A model generated the notes under the pieces. That model saw nothing but the letters and a program-made list of their open reading frames with translations, did not search any database and was not told where the DNA came from. Positions 18,519 through 50,744 of a stretch of DNA of 64,000 nt are shown one piece after another (position 1 is the first letter of the stretch; each line of letters starts with the position of its first letter). The stretch is from positions 62,001 through 126,000 of the forward strand of contig CM035359.1 in assembly GCA_020137815.1 (NCBI GenBank), read 5' to 3'. The position numbers and the translations under genes were made by a program. This DNA is from Hormiphora californensis. Taxonomy: Eukaryota; Animalia; Ctenophora.

Positions 18519-20089
18519 CGATGTATGGGGATTTGGGGTGAATTAAAATGAAGTTGTTCCCTTTTCCAGTCCCCTTGTCAGAGCAAAGGGTGTGTCAGAA
18601 ACATAGTACACTAGTGATATAAGTGAGGATATATATCGAGAATATCAATGTAAATCACAAATTACAATATTTAATTATTTTTTCTTGAGTGGTAAATTAC
18701 AGAGAATGGATCAGGATTTGAATTATTTTTTGCCTTATTCAGAGTGTTTGAGAGAAAGGGGTAGATACATTTTAGACACCGTTTAATATAAAATTGCCTA
18801 AACATTCAGTGTGCAGTGAGAAAGTACAATTTGATGGTCGACAAGAAGCTCCTGCACATGTGTGCATTGCAATTACACATGTGTCACACATACACACACA
18901 GCTTCTATACATAATTCACATCGCATATATTCTTACTGCCATGCACTGAATTGCAGTACATTGGTATTTGGTACCCACTGAATTGCAGTATTGGTACCAA
19001 CTACCCATGGTAATGTTGTGAACTGAGCAAAATGGTGTGTGTGTGTGGTTGTGTGTGGATGTGTGTGTTTGGGCTATATCGTATTTCACATGAATAAATG
19101 CGGGAGAAGAGAGAGAGAGAAAAGAGAGGAGAGAGAGAGAGAGTGGTTTGTGAGAGAATCATGGCCTGGATTGAGTAGAACTGAGATAGAAAGTAATACT
19201 AAAAATAAAGGTTTTTAACTCAAACTTTAATTCTTTTACCTTGTACAAACGTTATCTTTTTTCACGTTATAATATTGTGTGTGTGTGGATATGAAATATC
19301 GGTGATACCAAAATGTGTAAGTCTACATTACAAGAAGTTTATCTCTTTGTGATATTTTTCTCTCTCCCCTCTCAGCCTCTTTCTTTCTTTTTCTTTCTCT
19401 CCTCTGAACAAATTATGTTCTGGATATTGGGAAAGAAAAATTGAGAATACAGAGGGTTTAGATTGATGATAAACAAGTACATGATACAATATATTGTCGG
19501 GCCATTATAATGCATTAAATATGTACGGGTTTTTTTTTCAGGAGAAAAGTGAAAAGACTCATCAGAAGAGAGAGATAATATTTTAACACAATTAATATAT
19601 CTGTACTATAGCACTCACTGTATTTAGCACAATATACTACACTGTATTTTGGTATAAAATGTTTGTTTTCTCTCCTGTTTCTTCTGCCAATGACTCCCGA
19701 CTTCCACAAAAATGCTACTAAATACACGTCACCAAGTGCCACCAAAGCATCTGATTATATAATACCAATGGTACGAAAATAAAATCGGGGAACTGGGTGT
19801 ACCTCAGGTTGAGGTACCTACAGGTATTGTACCCCATATGCCTAGTACAATTAGTATACAGCCTGTACATTCGATTTGTTGAGTGTTGCAAGATGCTGCC
19901 ATACACTGCACCCTTCATACCCAACTAATTACTATAGTTAGTAGTACACCGAGTACAAGTCTAGTAGTAGCTACTGTTGTTGCCCTAGTATTACTACTGC
20001 AGTAGTGCTTTGTTCTGCCAGCGCCCAGCATTCCACTAGACCAAATTTCAGACATCCTTTTTCATCAAGATTTCCCCCGTATTTCCGTT

Positions 20090-20360
20090 TATTCTCTCCC
20101 TCTCTCTATATCTATCTCCTTGCCCCTCTCCCCTCCCCCTCTCTCTGCTCTCTCTCTCTATATCTCCCTCCCTCTATCCCTCCATCTCCCTCTCTCTATA
20201 TCTATCTCCCTGCCCCTCTCCCCTCCCACTCTCTCTCTCTCTGATCTCTATATCTCCCTCCCTCTATCTCTCTCTCTCCCTGCCCCTATCTTTCCCCTCC
20301 CTCCCTATCTCTCTCTCCCTCTCTCTCTCCCTCTCTATCCCTCCCTCTCTCTGCTCTCTC
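20090..20360. repeat. CT-rich tract and short repeats ending at the AG 3 nt before the DCTN1 ATG
   Basis: Direct inspection. Confidence 0.85.
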
Positions 20361-20366
20361 TAGCTC

Positions 20367-39229
<18,863 letters not shown>

Positions 39230-39752
39230 TAGATATGATATTATCGTGGTTCAAATTATGTGAACAATCTAGTTATCATTTGTGTGGATATGATAATTAA
39301 TTAATGTATTATTTCCCGGCTTCATAAAGCAGCTTTGGTTAGTTTGGCTAGTTTACAATATTTTATTGACTTCTTTGAGAGTAGGGGTTTTGGAAACAAT
39401 TTGTAAAATATTATGACATGGATATTGTGTACATTTAGTTTGATTGAATGCAATAATTGTCATCTGACTGTGCCACCAACCCCCCCCCCCCCCCCCCACG
39501 GGTAACATCCGATTCCCCTGTTGCTTATTGCTCTGCTAACCGATACAATCCCCCGTAATATAGCACTATGTAACCAGAAATCCCGACATATCAGGACTTT
39601 TTATAGTCCAAACTGGAGTTTTGACATCTCCTACAATCTACACACATCTTCTATAAAACTGGAGTTTTGACATCTCCTACAATCTACACATCTCCTACTA
39701 TATAATATCATCTTGACAGTCGACTGCAGCTCAGTCCTAGATAACACCAAAT

Positions 39753-42127
39753 ATGGTATGCACGTGGTGTTGCATCCGATGTAGGCCCCGATATAAGAGG
39801 CATGTGGATAGCATCTTCCCTGTGGACCCTAAGGCTGGCCTTGTTAACGTGGAAATGCAGGTACATGAGAGTGTGATAGTTTGTAATTTTTGGGGTGTTT
39901 TACCTAGACAGGGCCCGACTTGGGGTGACAAGAGGTGACAAGAGGTGACACCATTGCCAAGAGGTGATATCGGGTGACATTGCTGTGGAAAGAAAAACCA
40001 GGGGTGAGACTTAGAGACACACACCTATAACACCCCCTGACCACAATATTATGTAAAGCAGGTGCTCTTTCGAGAAGGTATCAACTGGTTACCTTTATCA
40101 ATTATATATCTTCCCGCCAATTTCCCGATGAAATGTAAGCCCATCATTTCCATATTTTCTATTAACCATTGTGTCTCCCACATTATACAGAAGTTGACCT
40201 ACTATGCACTGACAAACCCTCGGAAACTTGATCGAATTGGAAATTATTTGGCCGATTATCTTCGCTACTACGTGGATCATAGGTTAGAAATAGGAACCGA
40301 CCGAATCAGTAAATACTGGTCCCTGATTGGCTGATAACCAGTCACGTGATATGACCTAAATAACGAGTTCTGATTGGTTGTTTACTTGTTTCGGTCGGTT
40401 CCTGGTTAGAAAGCTAATCTCAGTTTAGTTAAATACTAGTTAGATGATCAAGGTTAAATTACTGCACTGTAGCACTTAATTTTTTATTTTGTGCCGGTTA
40501 ATAATATTATTCAGCTCAGATTTACTCACTAACCGCTTGTTAAATATCCCCATACATGATCAGAAGAAACGACTTTGCTGCCATATCGATGCGAGCCATG
40601 GAACAACTTCTCCAAGCATGTCGCTCTGCCAACATCAACCTCTTTGTCGAATCCTTCCTGAGAATGGTTCAAAAGCTGCTCGAATCTCCCGAGCCCTCAC
40701 TCCAGATCTTGGGGAGTACCAGTTTTGTCCTCTTTGCAAACATCCAGGAGGATACGCCTAGTTATCACAGGTAGAGAGAGATGGAGAGAAAGGATTTCAG
40801 TTGTACGCACGCGAGATACGCTCAGAAATCCAAGATTTCTAAACCATGTATCTTTTCAGCACACGTGCTAAAAAATCGCACGATACCGTTGGATATCACA
40901 GCCCACAGGGCAGGGAAACAATGTGCTACAATAAACCTGATCTCATGATAAACTAAAAACCACACATTTTCCACAGACGGTATGATTTCTTTGTGACAAA
41001 GTTCAGTTCGATGAGCCAGGGAGGTGGCCAGGGTGAGGAGAGTAGACGGACCCGACAGGCTGGCCTAAAGGGACTCCAGGTTTGTTATGTTACAGGACTG
41101 AAGAGATCTTTGTGATCGAAACATTTGTTTGGAACCAACTTGTTTCACTTTGTTGGATCAATTGAGCTCTCTCGTGCTGAATCGACACTCAATATTGTAG
41201 AGTGTCACCCTAATTTAAACTCACTAGACCCACTCCCTCCTCGCACGGTGACGTTTTAAAACCAACTCCATCCTTGTACAGGGTGTTATCCTAAAACCAA
41301 CTCCATCCTTACAGGGTGTTATCCTAAAAACTGTTACCGACGATACAATGGTTAACATATGGGATGAGATACACCTGCAGAAGATCATGCAGGCTCTCCT
41401 GTTCAACATTCACCGGGGATTTAGTAGCGGGGATGGTAGTGCTCCGGTGAGCCCCTGGGACCAGGGCCCGGGGGAGCAGGGCGGTGATATTGACCCAGAC
41501 CAACTAGCAAGGTAACGATCAGGAACCGACCGAAACAAGTAAACAACCAATCAGAACTCGTTATTTGGGTCACGTGACTGGTTATCAGCCAATCAGGAAC
41601 CAGTATTTCCTGATTCGGTCGGTTCCTGGTAACGATTACTTTTTGTAAAATCTAGGGCCTGGGTTTGAACCTAGGTTTGGCTGATTTGTTTAATTAATGT
41701 TCTTTTCTGAAGGGTATCCAACCTCAGCTTACTTATATCTTTGTCAACCCTTTGTCAGTTTATTGATTTGGTACCACCCAATTTATTTTTGTTTCCAGGC
41801 TGGTCCTTCAAGATCTCGTATCACGTGCAGCGTACGGACATGTCAAATCACTGATGAAACCGCTCCTTCACTTTATTGATCACCACCGAATTTGGGTGCC
41901 CAACAACTTCCCCCTTCATTGCATGAGGCTGATTATGGGGAATATCCGCATGCAGAACAGCTTTATTGCCGTGGCACAGCTGCTCGGTCATCTTGATGAA
42001 CACAAGTAAGTGATATAGATATCTGTCTATCTATCTATCTATTTCGGTCCTAGAATGACGATTGTACTACTGCAGGGGGTATTGGTTTAAATATATTGAT
42101 TGAAAGGGGGCTTGGTATTTAGAGAGA

Positions 42128-42166
<39 letters not shown>

Positions 42167-43627
42167 ACCCAGTGCCGGCACCCACGATGGCGAATATATT
42201 CATTTACCCCTACTACCCACTGCGAAACCTACCAATTCTGTTAGTTAGTTAGATCCATTCGGTCATTTCATTGGTCATGAGAGTGAGAGATTTACCCCGT
42301 GCAAGGCAAATAATGTAATTTTAAACACTTCCCACGAAGTAGTTCCTAGGAAAACTGTCTATTATTATTAAGTATTAAGTATAGGTACTGGACTGTCCAA
42401 TCGCTTTAAATATCACTAACTCCACCCCCACTTTGTCTCCACTAACCCCACCCCCACTTTGTCTCCACTAACCCCACCCCCACTTTGTCTCCACTAACTC
42501 CACCCCACTTTGTCTCCACTAACTCCACCCCCACTTTGTCTCCACTAACTCCACCCCCACTTTGTCTCCACTAACTCCACCCCCACTTTGTCTCCACTAA
42601 CTCCACCCCCCACTTTGTCTCCACTAACTCCACCCCCCCCCTCCACTAACTCTGCATCCCCAGGGAGGGTGCCGCCAAGTTGCGAGTTAGCCACCCCCCC
42701 CCCCACTTTGTCTCCACTAACTCTGCACCCCCCCCCCCCCCCACTTTGTCTCCACTAACTCCACCCCCACTTTGTCTCCACTAACTCCACCCCCCACTTT
42801 GTCTCCACTAACTCCACCCCCCCCCCCCCCCCTCCACTAACTCTGCATCCCCAGGGAGGGTGCCGCCAAGTTGCGAGTTAGCCACCCCCCCCCCACTTTG
42901 TCTCCACCCCCCCCCCCCCACTTTGTCTCCATGCTAACTGTGCATCCCCCCCCCCCACTTTGTCTCCACTAACCCCCCCCCCCCCACTTTGTCTCCACTA
43001 TAACTCTGCATCCCCTCAGGGAGGGTGCCGCCAAGTTGAGAGTTAGCCACCCCCCCCCCCCCCACTTTGTCTCCACTAACTCCACCCCCCCCCCCACTTT
43101 GTCTCCATGCTAACTCTGCATCCCCCCCCCACTTTGTCTCCACTAACCCCCCCCCCACTTTGTCTCCACTATAACTCTGCATCCCCTCAGGGAGGGTGCC
43201 GCCAAGTTGAGAGTTAGCCTTGTTGAGGTTGTGTCCCAGAGTGTGACCCTTTCCAGCGCAGAGAGCATCACGCCCACCATCCTTGAAATGTTTGGATCTC
43301 TTCTTAAGCACCTCAAGATGAGCATTGCTACGTGCAATAAACCAGGTAGATCTACTGTTAGAAGCTGGGGTATCAGATTCCGGTTGAAACCTCTATTCTT
43401 AGTTGCTATGGATACCAAGAGGGCATTTCTATTCCAGCCTTCTTTCTCCTCTCTCCTCTCTCTACCTCACTCTACTCGTACTCGCTCTCCTTCCTCTCTC
43501 TCTCTCCTCTCTCCTCTCTCTCTCTCTCTCTCTTCCATCCTTCTCTCTCTCTCCTCTCTTCTCTCTCTCTCCCTCTCCTCCTCTCTTCTCCTCTTCTCTA
43601 TCTCTCTCTTCTCTCTCTCTCTCCTCT

Positions 43628-43666
<39 letters not shown>

Positions 43667-46600
43667 CTCCTTCTCTCCTCTCTCTCTCTCCCTCTCTCTC
43701 ACTATCCATCTCACTATTTAGGTGCAGCCCCAGAAGACGTAAGAGAGGAAGGGCGAGTTTCAGAAGGCCATCGTTCAAAGCGTGGAAAGCTTCTTACCCG
43801 AGAACTACAAATATATACCAAGGTAAGTTCATTAGAGTTCATCAGAGTTTTTGTTATTCTGTCATGAAACCAGACGGTAATCGCGATAATAATAACCCGT
43901 CTGGTTCATTTGTTCAGCCTAGAGAGAATAATAAAAACTCTAACAAGTAACTATCGAGCGATTTAAAGACAGAGAGGCTACTATATATAATAGGGGTCCG
44001 GCGTATATCGATTTAACCATTTTAGGGGACACTCCTATTTATGGGATACGCCTTGTCACAATTATTATTTTAGTTCTGTTTCCCATCCAGAGAACAGTTG
44101 AATAGAGCAGGCTAAATAATTTCAATATATATATATTTTAACTCACTACATATAATTAACGAACCAAGTTTACTAACGACCACTAAACCCAAGGTTGAGG
44201 TATGTACGTATATTATTGGTGCTATTCCAACCAATATTATGACCGAGGAAGACACCCAGATTGAGAGAAGCTTCCTTCAGGTAACATTAGACCGGGAACC
44301 GACCGAATCAGGAAATACTGGTCCCTGATTGGCTGATAACCAGTCACGTGACCTAAATAACGAGTTCTGATTGGCTGTTTACTTGTTTCGGTCGGTTCCT
44401 GCATTAGACCGAGGGAATGTTTAACTAAGTAATTTTTACTTTTTAAGTACTTGATTATCACTCAATTAATTACGTAGAACTAGTTAAATGTCACCACAAT
44501 ATAAGTCATGGAAATGTTGTCAGAAACAGCCCGAACCTAGAAATCATTAGGGGCAAGCTAATTTTTGCTCAATCCGATAGTCAATAGGCCCCTGAACCAC
44601 CAAAAAAAAGTCCCAAGCCCAACTCCTGGGGGAAGTGCCCCTAATTGGCCCTAATTGATTACAGTGTATTTGTAACCATCAATTAAATCGTAAATCGTCT
44701 TAGGAAAGGAGTAGAGAGAAAACTGAGGGCACTAAAATGATCAGCGTCCTCGAATTAGTGGGGGTAGGTGCTGAAATTAAGTCTCTATCTCATCTGGTTA
44801 ATTAGATAATTGGATAATTAGATCCGCACATAGCCGTTTTTGGCCATATGGCTATAGCCACTTGGGAATGGTTTAGAGACTTTTCACTGGTGCCATTTTG
44901 TAGGCAATGGCTAAGTTATGGGGGGTCGTGGTCGGACTTTTAAGCTCTATCTCGAACCGTTCAGCCGTTATTTGGATTCAAAAGTGCTGAAAATGAGCAA
45001 ATAATGGTAAAAAGTACAATTTTGAGCCTCTTTGTGGATCTTTGAATCCAAATAACGGCTAAACGGTTGGAGATAGAGCTTAAAAGTCCGACCACGACCC
45101 CCCATAACTTAGCCATTGCCTACAAAATGGCACCAGTGAAAAGTCTCTAGACCATTCCCAAGTGGCTATAGCCATATGGCCAAAAACGGCTATGTGCGGA
45201 TCTAATTATCCAATTATCTAATTAACCAGATGAGATAGAGACTTAATTTCAGCACCTACCCCCACTAATTCGAGGACGCTGATCATTTTAGTGCCCTCGG
45301 TTTTGTCTCTGCTCTTTTCCTAAGTGGCTATAGCCATATAGCCAAAAAACGGCTATGCGCAAACCTAATTATCCAATTATCTAATTAACCAGATGAGATA
45401 GAGACTTAATTCCAGCACCTACCCCCACTAATGTGAGGACGCTGAACACTTTAGTGCCCTCGGTTTTCTCTCTACTCCTTTCCTAAGACGATTTACGATT
45501 TAATTGATGGTTACAAATACACTGTAATCAATTAGGGCCAATTAGGGGCACTTCCCCCAGGAGTTGGGCTTGGGACTTTTTTTTGGTGGTTCAGGGGCCT
45601 ATTGACTATCGGATTGTGCAAAAATTAGCTTGCCCCTAATGATTTCTAGGTTCTAACAAGAATTCCATGAATTAATATGATAATATAACACTAATATTCC
45701 TCATCACACAGTGTATCATGAAGATCACGGAAAGTATCAACTCGACAGTTGATCCCACTACCCTGCCCCTCCTCTTCCCGGGTTCCTTCCTGGCCCCTCT
45801 CCAGAGCATGGCCCTGTCTGACTGCCCCGCTACCCGGGCTGTAATACAGCAGATCTTCCACACTGTCCTGGATAGAAGTGGAAATAGGACCAAGGTTTCA
45901 CCCAATGTAGAGCTCAGAGACTTGATTGAAGAGGGAATAACTTTTGGTAATTAAAACAATTTCCAGTTCATATATTAAGTACTTGTTTTAGATATGTATA
46001 AGATCTTTACTACGTTTTAAAACTCTCTTACATTGACTATACAGTCGGACCCCGATTTAACGGCACCCTCGGCCTCGGGAGAAAGGGTTTTGTCCGTTAA
46101 ATCGGGGTGTCCGCTAAATCGGGGTCAAATACTGTTAATTTTCTATATCGGGGGAAGATTATCCTGCCGTTAAATCGGGGTGCTGTTAAATCGGGGGCCG
46201 TTAAATCGGGGTCCCCTGCTTCAGGTGCAAAAAAGAACCAAGATGTCCTGTTTTTCAATTGTTTCCCTGCTTCAGGTGCAAAAAAGAACCAAGATGTCCT
46301 GTTTTTCAATTGTTTCCCTGCTTCAGGTGCAAAAAAGAACCAAGATGTCCTGTTTTTCAATTGTTCCTTCCCCCCCCCCCCTTCAGGTGCAAAAAAGAAC
46401 CAAGATGTCCTGTTTTTCAAACAGCGTGGCCAAGAGATATACTTCAGGGTCTATGAGGGTCTGCTGAAGGTGGATAATAATCTTGATAACTACACTAGGA
46501 CCTTCACCTCTGCAGTTCTGTGGTGCATTGAAATACCATCAGATGAGGTAAGAGGTTTGTGTGGGTGGGAGAATTTGAGGGAGGTATAATGAGGTTTGCG

Positions 46601-49600
46601 AGGATAGGAAGGGAATGAGGTATGGGAGAGAGTGTCAAATGGATGGATAAGACTTGTAACAAAGAAATCACCCACTCTCTCTTCCCAGACTCAAGTCGAG
46701 TTGATTGGTTGGTGATTGGTGATACTAATCTGATAACTGATCTCTTCCCAGGTTCTGGTAGAGTTGATTCATATGGTATTTGGGTTGCAAGATGAGGCGT
46801 GTAGTAACCCCCGATCTAACGTTAACTATCATCCACGCTCTAGTTGCTGCTTTCCTTGTATTTGCTTCAAGGTACAGTTATAACACCCCCTCCCACCGCA
46901 GCATTGCATCACCCCCTTCACCTCCCCTTTTTTGTGCACTATGTTATAGTTTCAGTTTTCACACTTTCTATTTATTCAGGTTATCCCAAAACGATGCCCT
47001 GTATCAGCACGTTATAGAGGTTAACGGGCGAAGGGAGACAGATAAACCGCACCTGCTACCCACTACAGCTCTTAGTACTATAGTTGAGGGGGCTGATCAC
47101 TTGTAAGTAGGGGCGGGGGTATTCGTATGCTTCATATTACATATATATTGCTTATATGGGATATTTGTGGCCAAATCCTAACCAATTTGTACGATTGTTG
47201 CTCCTTGGAAAGAGGGCGTCGAGCTCTTTCCATACAATTCAAGATCGTGTGATCAATTTGAATCATAACTCTCCTCTATTGACCAATCATAACTCTCCTC
47301 TATTGACCAATCATAACTCTCCTCTATTGACCAATCATAACTCTCCTCTATTGACCAATCATAACTCTCCTCTATTGACCAATCATAACTCTCCTCTATT
47401 GACCAATCATAACTCTCCTCTATTGACCAATCATAACTCTCCTCTATTGACCAATCATAACTCTCCTCTATTGACCAATCATAACTCTCCTCTATTGACC
47501 AATCATAACTCTCCTCTATTGACCAATCATAACTCTCCTCTATTGACCAATCATAACTCTCCTCTATTGACCAATCATAACTCTCCTCTATTGACCAATC
47601 ATAACTCTCCTCTATTGACCAATCATAACTCTCCTCTATTGACCAATCATAACTCTCCTCTATTGACCAATCATAACTCTCCTCTATTGACCAATCATAA
47701 CTCTCCTCTATTGACCAATCATAACTCTCCTCTATTGACCAATCATAACTCTCCTCTATTGACCAATCATAACTCTCCTCTATTGACCAATCATAACTCT
47801 CCTCTATTGACCAATCATAACTCTCCTCTATTGACCAATCATAACTCTCCTCTATTGACCAATCATAACTCTCCTCTATTGACCAATCATAACTCTCCTC
47901 TATTGACCAATCATAACTCTCCTCTATTGACCAATCATAACTCTCCTCTATTGACCAATCATAACTCTCCTCTATTGACCAATCATAACTCTCCTCTATT
48001 GACCAATCATAACTCTCCTCTATTGACCAATCATAACTCTCCTCTATTGACCAATCATAACTCTCCTCTATTGACCAATCATAACTCTCCTCTATTGACC
48101 AATCATAACTCTCCTCTATTGACCAATCATAACTCTCCTCTATTGACCAATCATAACTCTCCTCTATTGACCAATCATAACTCTCCTCTATTGACCAATC
48201 ATAACTCTCCTCTATTTAGTATTGACCAATTTCTCTAATCTTCCTCATCAGGGATACAACTAAAGAAGTTGAAGAGGGACTTGGTCCGTATATGTTTGAT
48301 GCTACCGTTGTGGCGGAATGTCTGAAACAGCAGGGAACAAACGTGGAACGGCTATCTGATCCATACCACTACAAAAGTAAGTTAATTAGCTAAATGTAAC
48401 TTTAACTAGTAAGTTAATTAGGTAAATAATTAACTACAAAAGTAAGTTAATTAGTTATCAGCTAAATAATTAATCATCAAGACACCAATACTGTTTATAC
48501 CGTCTGAGTCTTGGGAACAGCTGGGACACTTTCTTTTCTTTTTTTTGTTCATGCCTGATGTTAGACGCGGCATTCAAACCCGCATTGCTTGTGCATGAAC
48601 TTTAAATAAACTGGTTAATTTACTTTAAAATGCTGGTAATTAGGGGTTAATTAGTTTACTTTATACTTCCAATTACGGGTTGATTTTGTGACCCAAAAAA
48701 CTAACACTTCACACCCAGATGATAGTGAGGTGTCGGTTGATGGTAAGGGGCTAAACTGCTCTCTCTCGCCAGCTATTCACCGCAGCTATTCACTTGCTAG
48801 ACCCCTCTCTCTCACACAGCAACTGATATATATTGACTAATGCTTTCCACTTAGAATATTGATCTATGGACCCCCCACTCAGAATACATGTCATGTGCTA
48901 AATAATATAGCTGATAATATGCTTCACAGTTCTTAGAACGAACCAAAAATAGATCCATTCTTATCATGTGTCTCTGTTATCTCATTCCCTCATCCCCCTC
49001 TTCCCCAATCCTAGTTCACTGCAAAACGCACACATGTAACAATGTGGCTCCCCCGCTTCTTTAATCTCGCTGAGCTATTATTCACCAACACGATAGTGAG
49101 AGAAGGTGGGGAGAAGGTTCACTCAAATCTTGTTGCAGGAACAGCAGTACCCCGAACCCCCGAATCGACCCACTCGCTAAAACTTACACTTGCTAATGAT
49201 GGAGTATACGCTAGTGAGATTCAGACGTGCCCCATGGAGGAGGTGACATATGATTCTCTGAAGCTGGCCCTGCAGAACAGCCAGAAATTGGGACCTTTGA
49301 ATGGGTCCAAGGAGCGGTTGTTAAATCAGGTAGATGAGAGAGTGAGAGAAAAGGAGAATAGGAGACAGAGAGACTTTCATATAACACGTTTAATTGCTTT
49401 CGCGACCACAAAATCGATATTTTTCACCGCTTACACTCTTTCACAGGAATCATATGAAGAATGTATGGCTAAGTCTGCGGAGAAACGAGAGAAAAATGAT
49501 AGCCCTTAGACAGCAAGTCTTTGGAAATTTCAGGTTACTGATTAAATAATTATTTCCAAAAGTGGCAAATAAACCAAGCCGCTGTGAGGGACAAAGGTCA

Positions 49601-49902
49601 TGATTGGCGCGCGCCGCTCGGAACATGCAAAGAAAGCACATCAGTGTTTTAGTGCGCGCACGAGTGTCCCCACATTGGACAAAGTCAGATTTGTTATTCC
49701 ATAAATAATCAGTGACATGTTCCAGGTGTAGCGACCCAATAAAGTATAAAACTTGACATGTTACACTAGCACACACCTATTAACCGTTGTTTTCTCTTTA
49801 GGAACGGCGATATTTCTCCAACTGAGTCAACTCACAGTCTTATCGACCTTAGACAATCTTAACAATCTCTCTATCGAGTTGCCGGATATGTTTGTCTACT
49901 GA
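39753..49902 (+). CDS. EFR3: EFR3 homolog (PI4KA complex scaffold), ~18 exons
   Basis: Cys-rich N-terminus MVCTWCCIRCRPRYKRHVDSIFP, KLDRIGNYL, INLFVESFLRMVQKLLES, FVLFANIQEDTPSYHRRYDFFV, and C-terminus ELPDMFVY*. Exons 39753-39860, 40191-40282, 40564-40770, 40977-41079, 41315-41511, 41799-42005, 43191-43345, 43722-43822, 44194-44280, 45712-45946, 46387-46547, 46752-46871, 46980-47102, 48252-48376, 48719-48742, 49139-49329, 49447-~49513, 49802-49902. Apparent frameshifts near 43750-43796 and in the last two exons. Confidence 0.93.
40291..40404 (-). mobile_element. MITE-A copy 9; TSD is the first 8 nt of the intron
   Basis: AG|GTTAGAAA[element, reversed]GTTAGAAA. Confidence 0.92.
41520..41628 (+). 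mobile_element. MITE-A copy 10; TSD is the first 8 nt of the intron
   Basis: AG|GTAACGAT[element]GTAACGAT. Confidence 0.92.
42413..43219 (+). repeat. ~26-bp CACTAAC minisatellite interleaved with four copies of an EFR3 acceptor plus exon start
   Basis: Units CCACTAACTCCACCCCCACTTTGTCT; CAG|GGAGGGTGCCGCCAAGTTG(C/A)GAGTTAGCC starting at 42664, 42855, 43020 and 43191. Confidence 0.9.
43440..43712. repeat. Degenerate (CT)n microsatellite
   Basis: Direct inspection. Confidence 0.92.
44293..44401 (-). mobile_element. MITE-A copy 11, 12 nt after an EFR3 donor
   Basis: Perfect TSD CATTAGAC (44285-44292, 44402-44409). Confidence 0.92.
44506..45670. mobile_element. ~1.17-kb foldback (long inverted repeat) filling an EFR3 intron
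   Basis: Left arm ~44506-44982 is the reverse complement of right arm ~45041-45670, which carries an extra ~160-bp internal duplication; ~60-nt spacer. Confidence 0.85.
46042..46213. mobile_element. MITE-B copy with truncated right TIR
   Basis: TA|CAGTCGGACCCCGATTTAACGG...AAATCGGGGTCC runs directly into the acceptor repeat. Confidence 0.85.
46214..46420 (+). repeat. Four tandem copies of an EFR3 acceptor plus the first ~34 exon nt (51/51/60-bp spacing)
   Basis: CTTCAG|GTGCAAAAAAGAACCAAGATGTCCTGTTTTTCAA with exon starts at 46225, 46276, 46327 and 46387. Confidence 0.93.
47261..48217. repeat. 24-bp minisatellite (AATCATAACTCTCCTCTATTGACC), ~40 copies, intronic
   Basis: Perfect period-24 array ending ~35 nt before the acceptor at 48251. 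Confidence 0.97.
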
Positions 49903-50564
49903 GTTAGGCAATGTATCAGACTGTTTCTATCTCTGTATGATGTTTTCTGTGAAGTTTACTGTGTGCGTTTCGGACGTTTGTGAATACACTGAAAAAGGAC
50001 TGATGAAACGAATTATTCAAATGTTAGTGAAGTGATTGTCTGCATCCTATAATAAATGTCTTAATATGCATATGGGGCTGAAATAAAAAATGTATTTACT
50101 CCGATTTCCCCCGAGTATTTGGAAGTTTGATTAGAGAAAGATATTTTGTATGATATATACTGTATACGGCAATGGCATCGATTGCAGTGCAAAAGGGCCA
50201 TGTTTTTTCTATGTTGAGCTGTCAGAGCATTGGCCTGACCTGTCTGGCGCCGCAACCCCATCTGAGAGCGCAAATGGGGTATGGCGCCGCCATACAGGGC
50301 CTGACCCCATTCTCATTTCTCTCAAATAGAGTGTGCGAGAACTGTGGTCAGAGCATTGGCCTGACAGATGTTGAGTTGACCTCAACTGCATAGTAAAAGT
50401 ATTCTCAAAACTGTGTGGGCTTCTATTTTTAGTTTGATTTAAACTGTTTTGTCAGAATTTGTGGAATGATTTGGCCAATAATTGGTAAGTGTAACTAACC
50501 TTAAACACCTGAAGCTGTCAGTTATGTAAGAACTTCTGTCTTTCAGTGGTCCTCCGACATATTC

Positions 50565-50744
50565 CGACGTGAAATTCGACCTAGATCTCGACCTGGAATG
50601 AGCCGCGCATCAGAGAGATGTGATTGTGACGCAGTAAGAAAATGATGTCGCGCTTCAACTCTTTTCTCTCGCTAGTCTTTGTGTCTCTCTCACTACGAAT
50701 GCGCGCCTCATTCCAGGTCGAGATTCTCGTCGAATTTCACGTCG
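50565..50744. mobile_element. ~180-bp MITE-like inverted repeat
   Basis: CGACGTGAAATTCGAC..CTCGACCTGGAATGAG.CGCGCAT versus ATGCGCGCCTCATTCCAGGTCGAG..GTCGAATTTCACGTCG. Confidence 0.7.

Noticed and set aside
43745-43800. Programmed or compensatory frameshift in EFR3 (EFQKAIVQSVESF lies in another frame; similar at ~49495 and ~49848)
   Set aside because: The shifts fall in short homopolymers, one next to a microsatellite, and recur in several genes, so sequencing error is the simpler explanation; needs raw reads.
47156-48238. 360-aa ORF of (TNHNSPLL)n
   Set aside because: Translation of a 24-bp minisatellite inside an EFR3 intron whose flanking exons join in frame.
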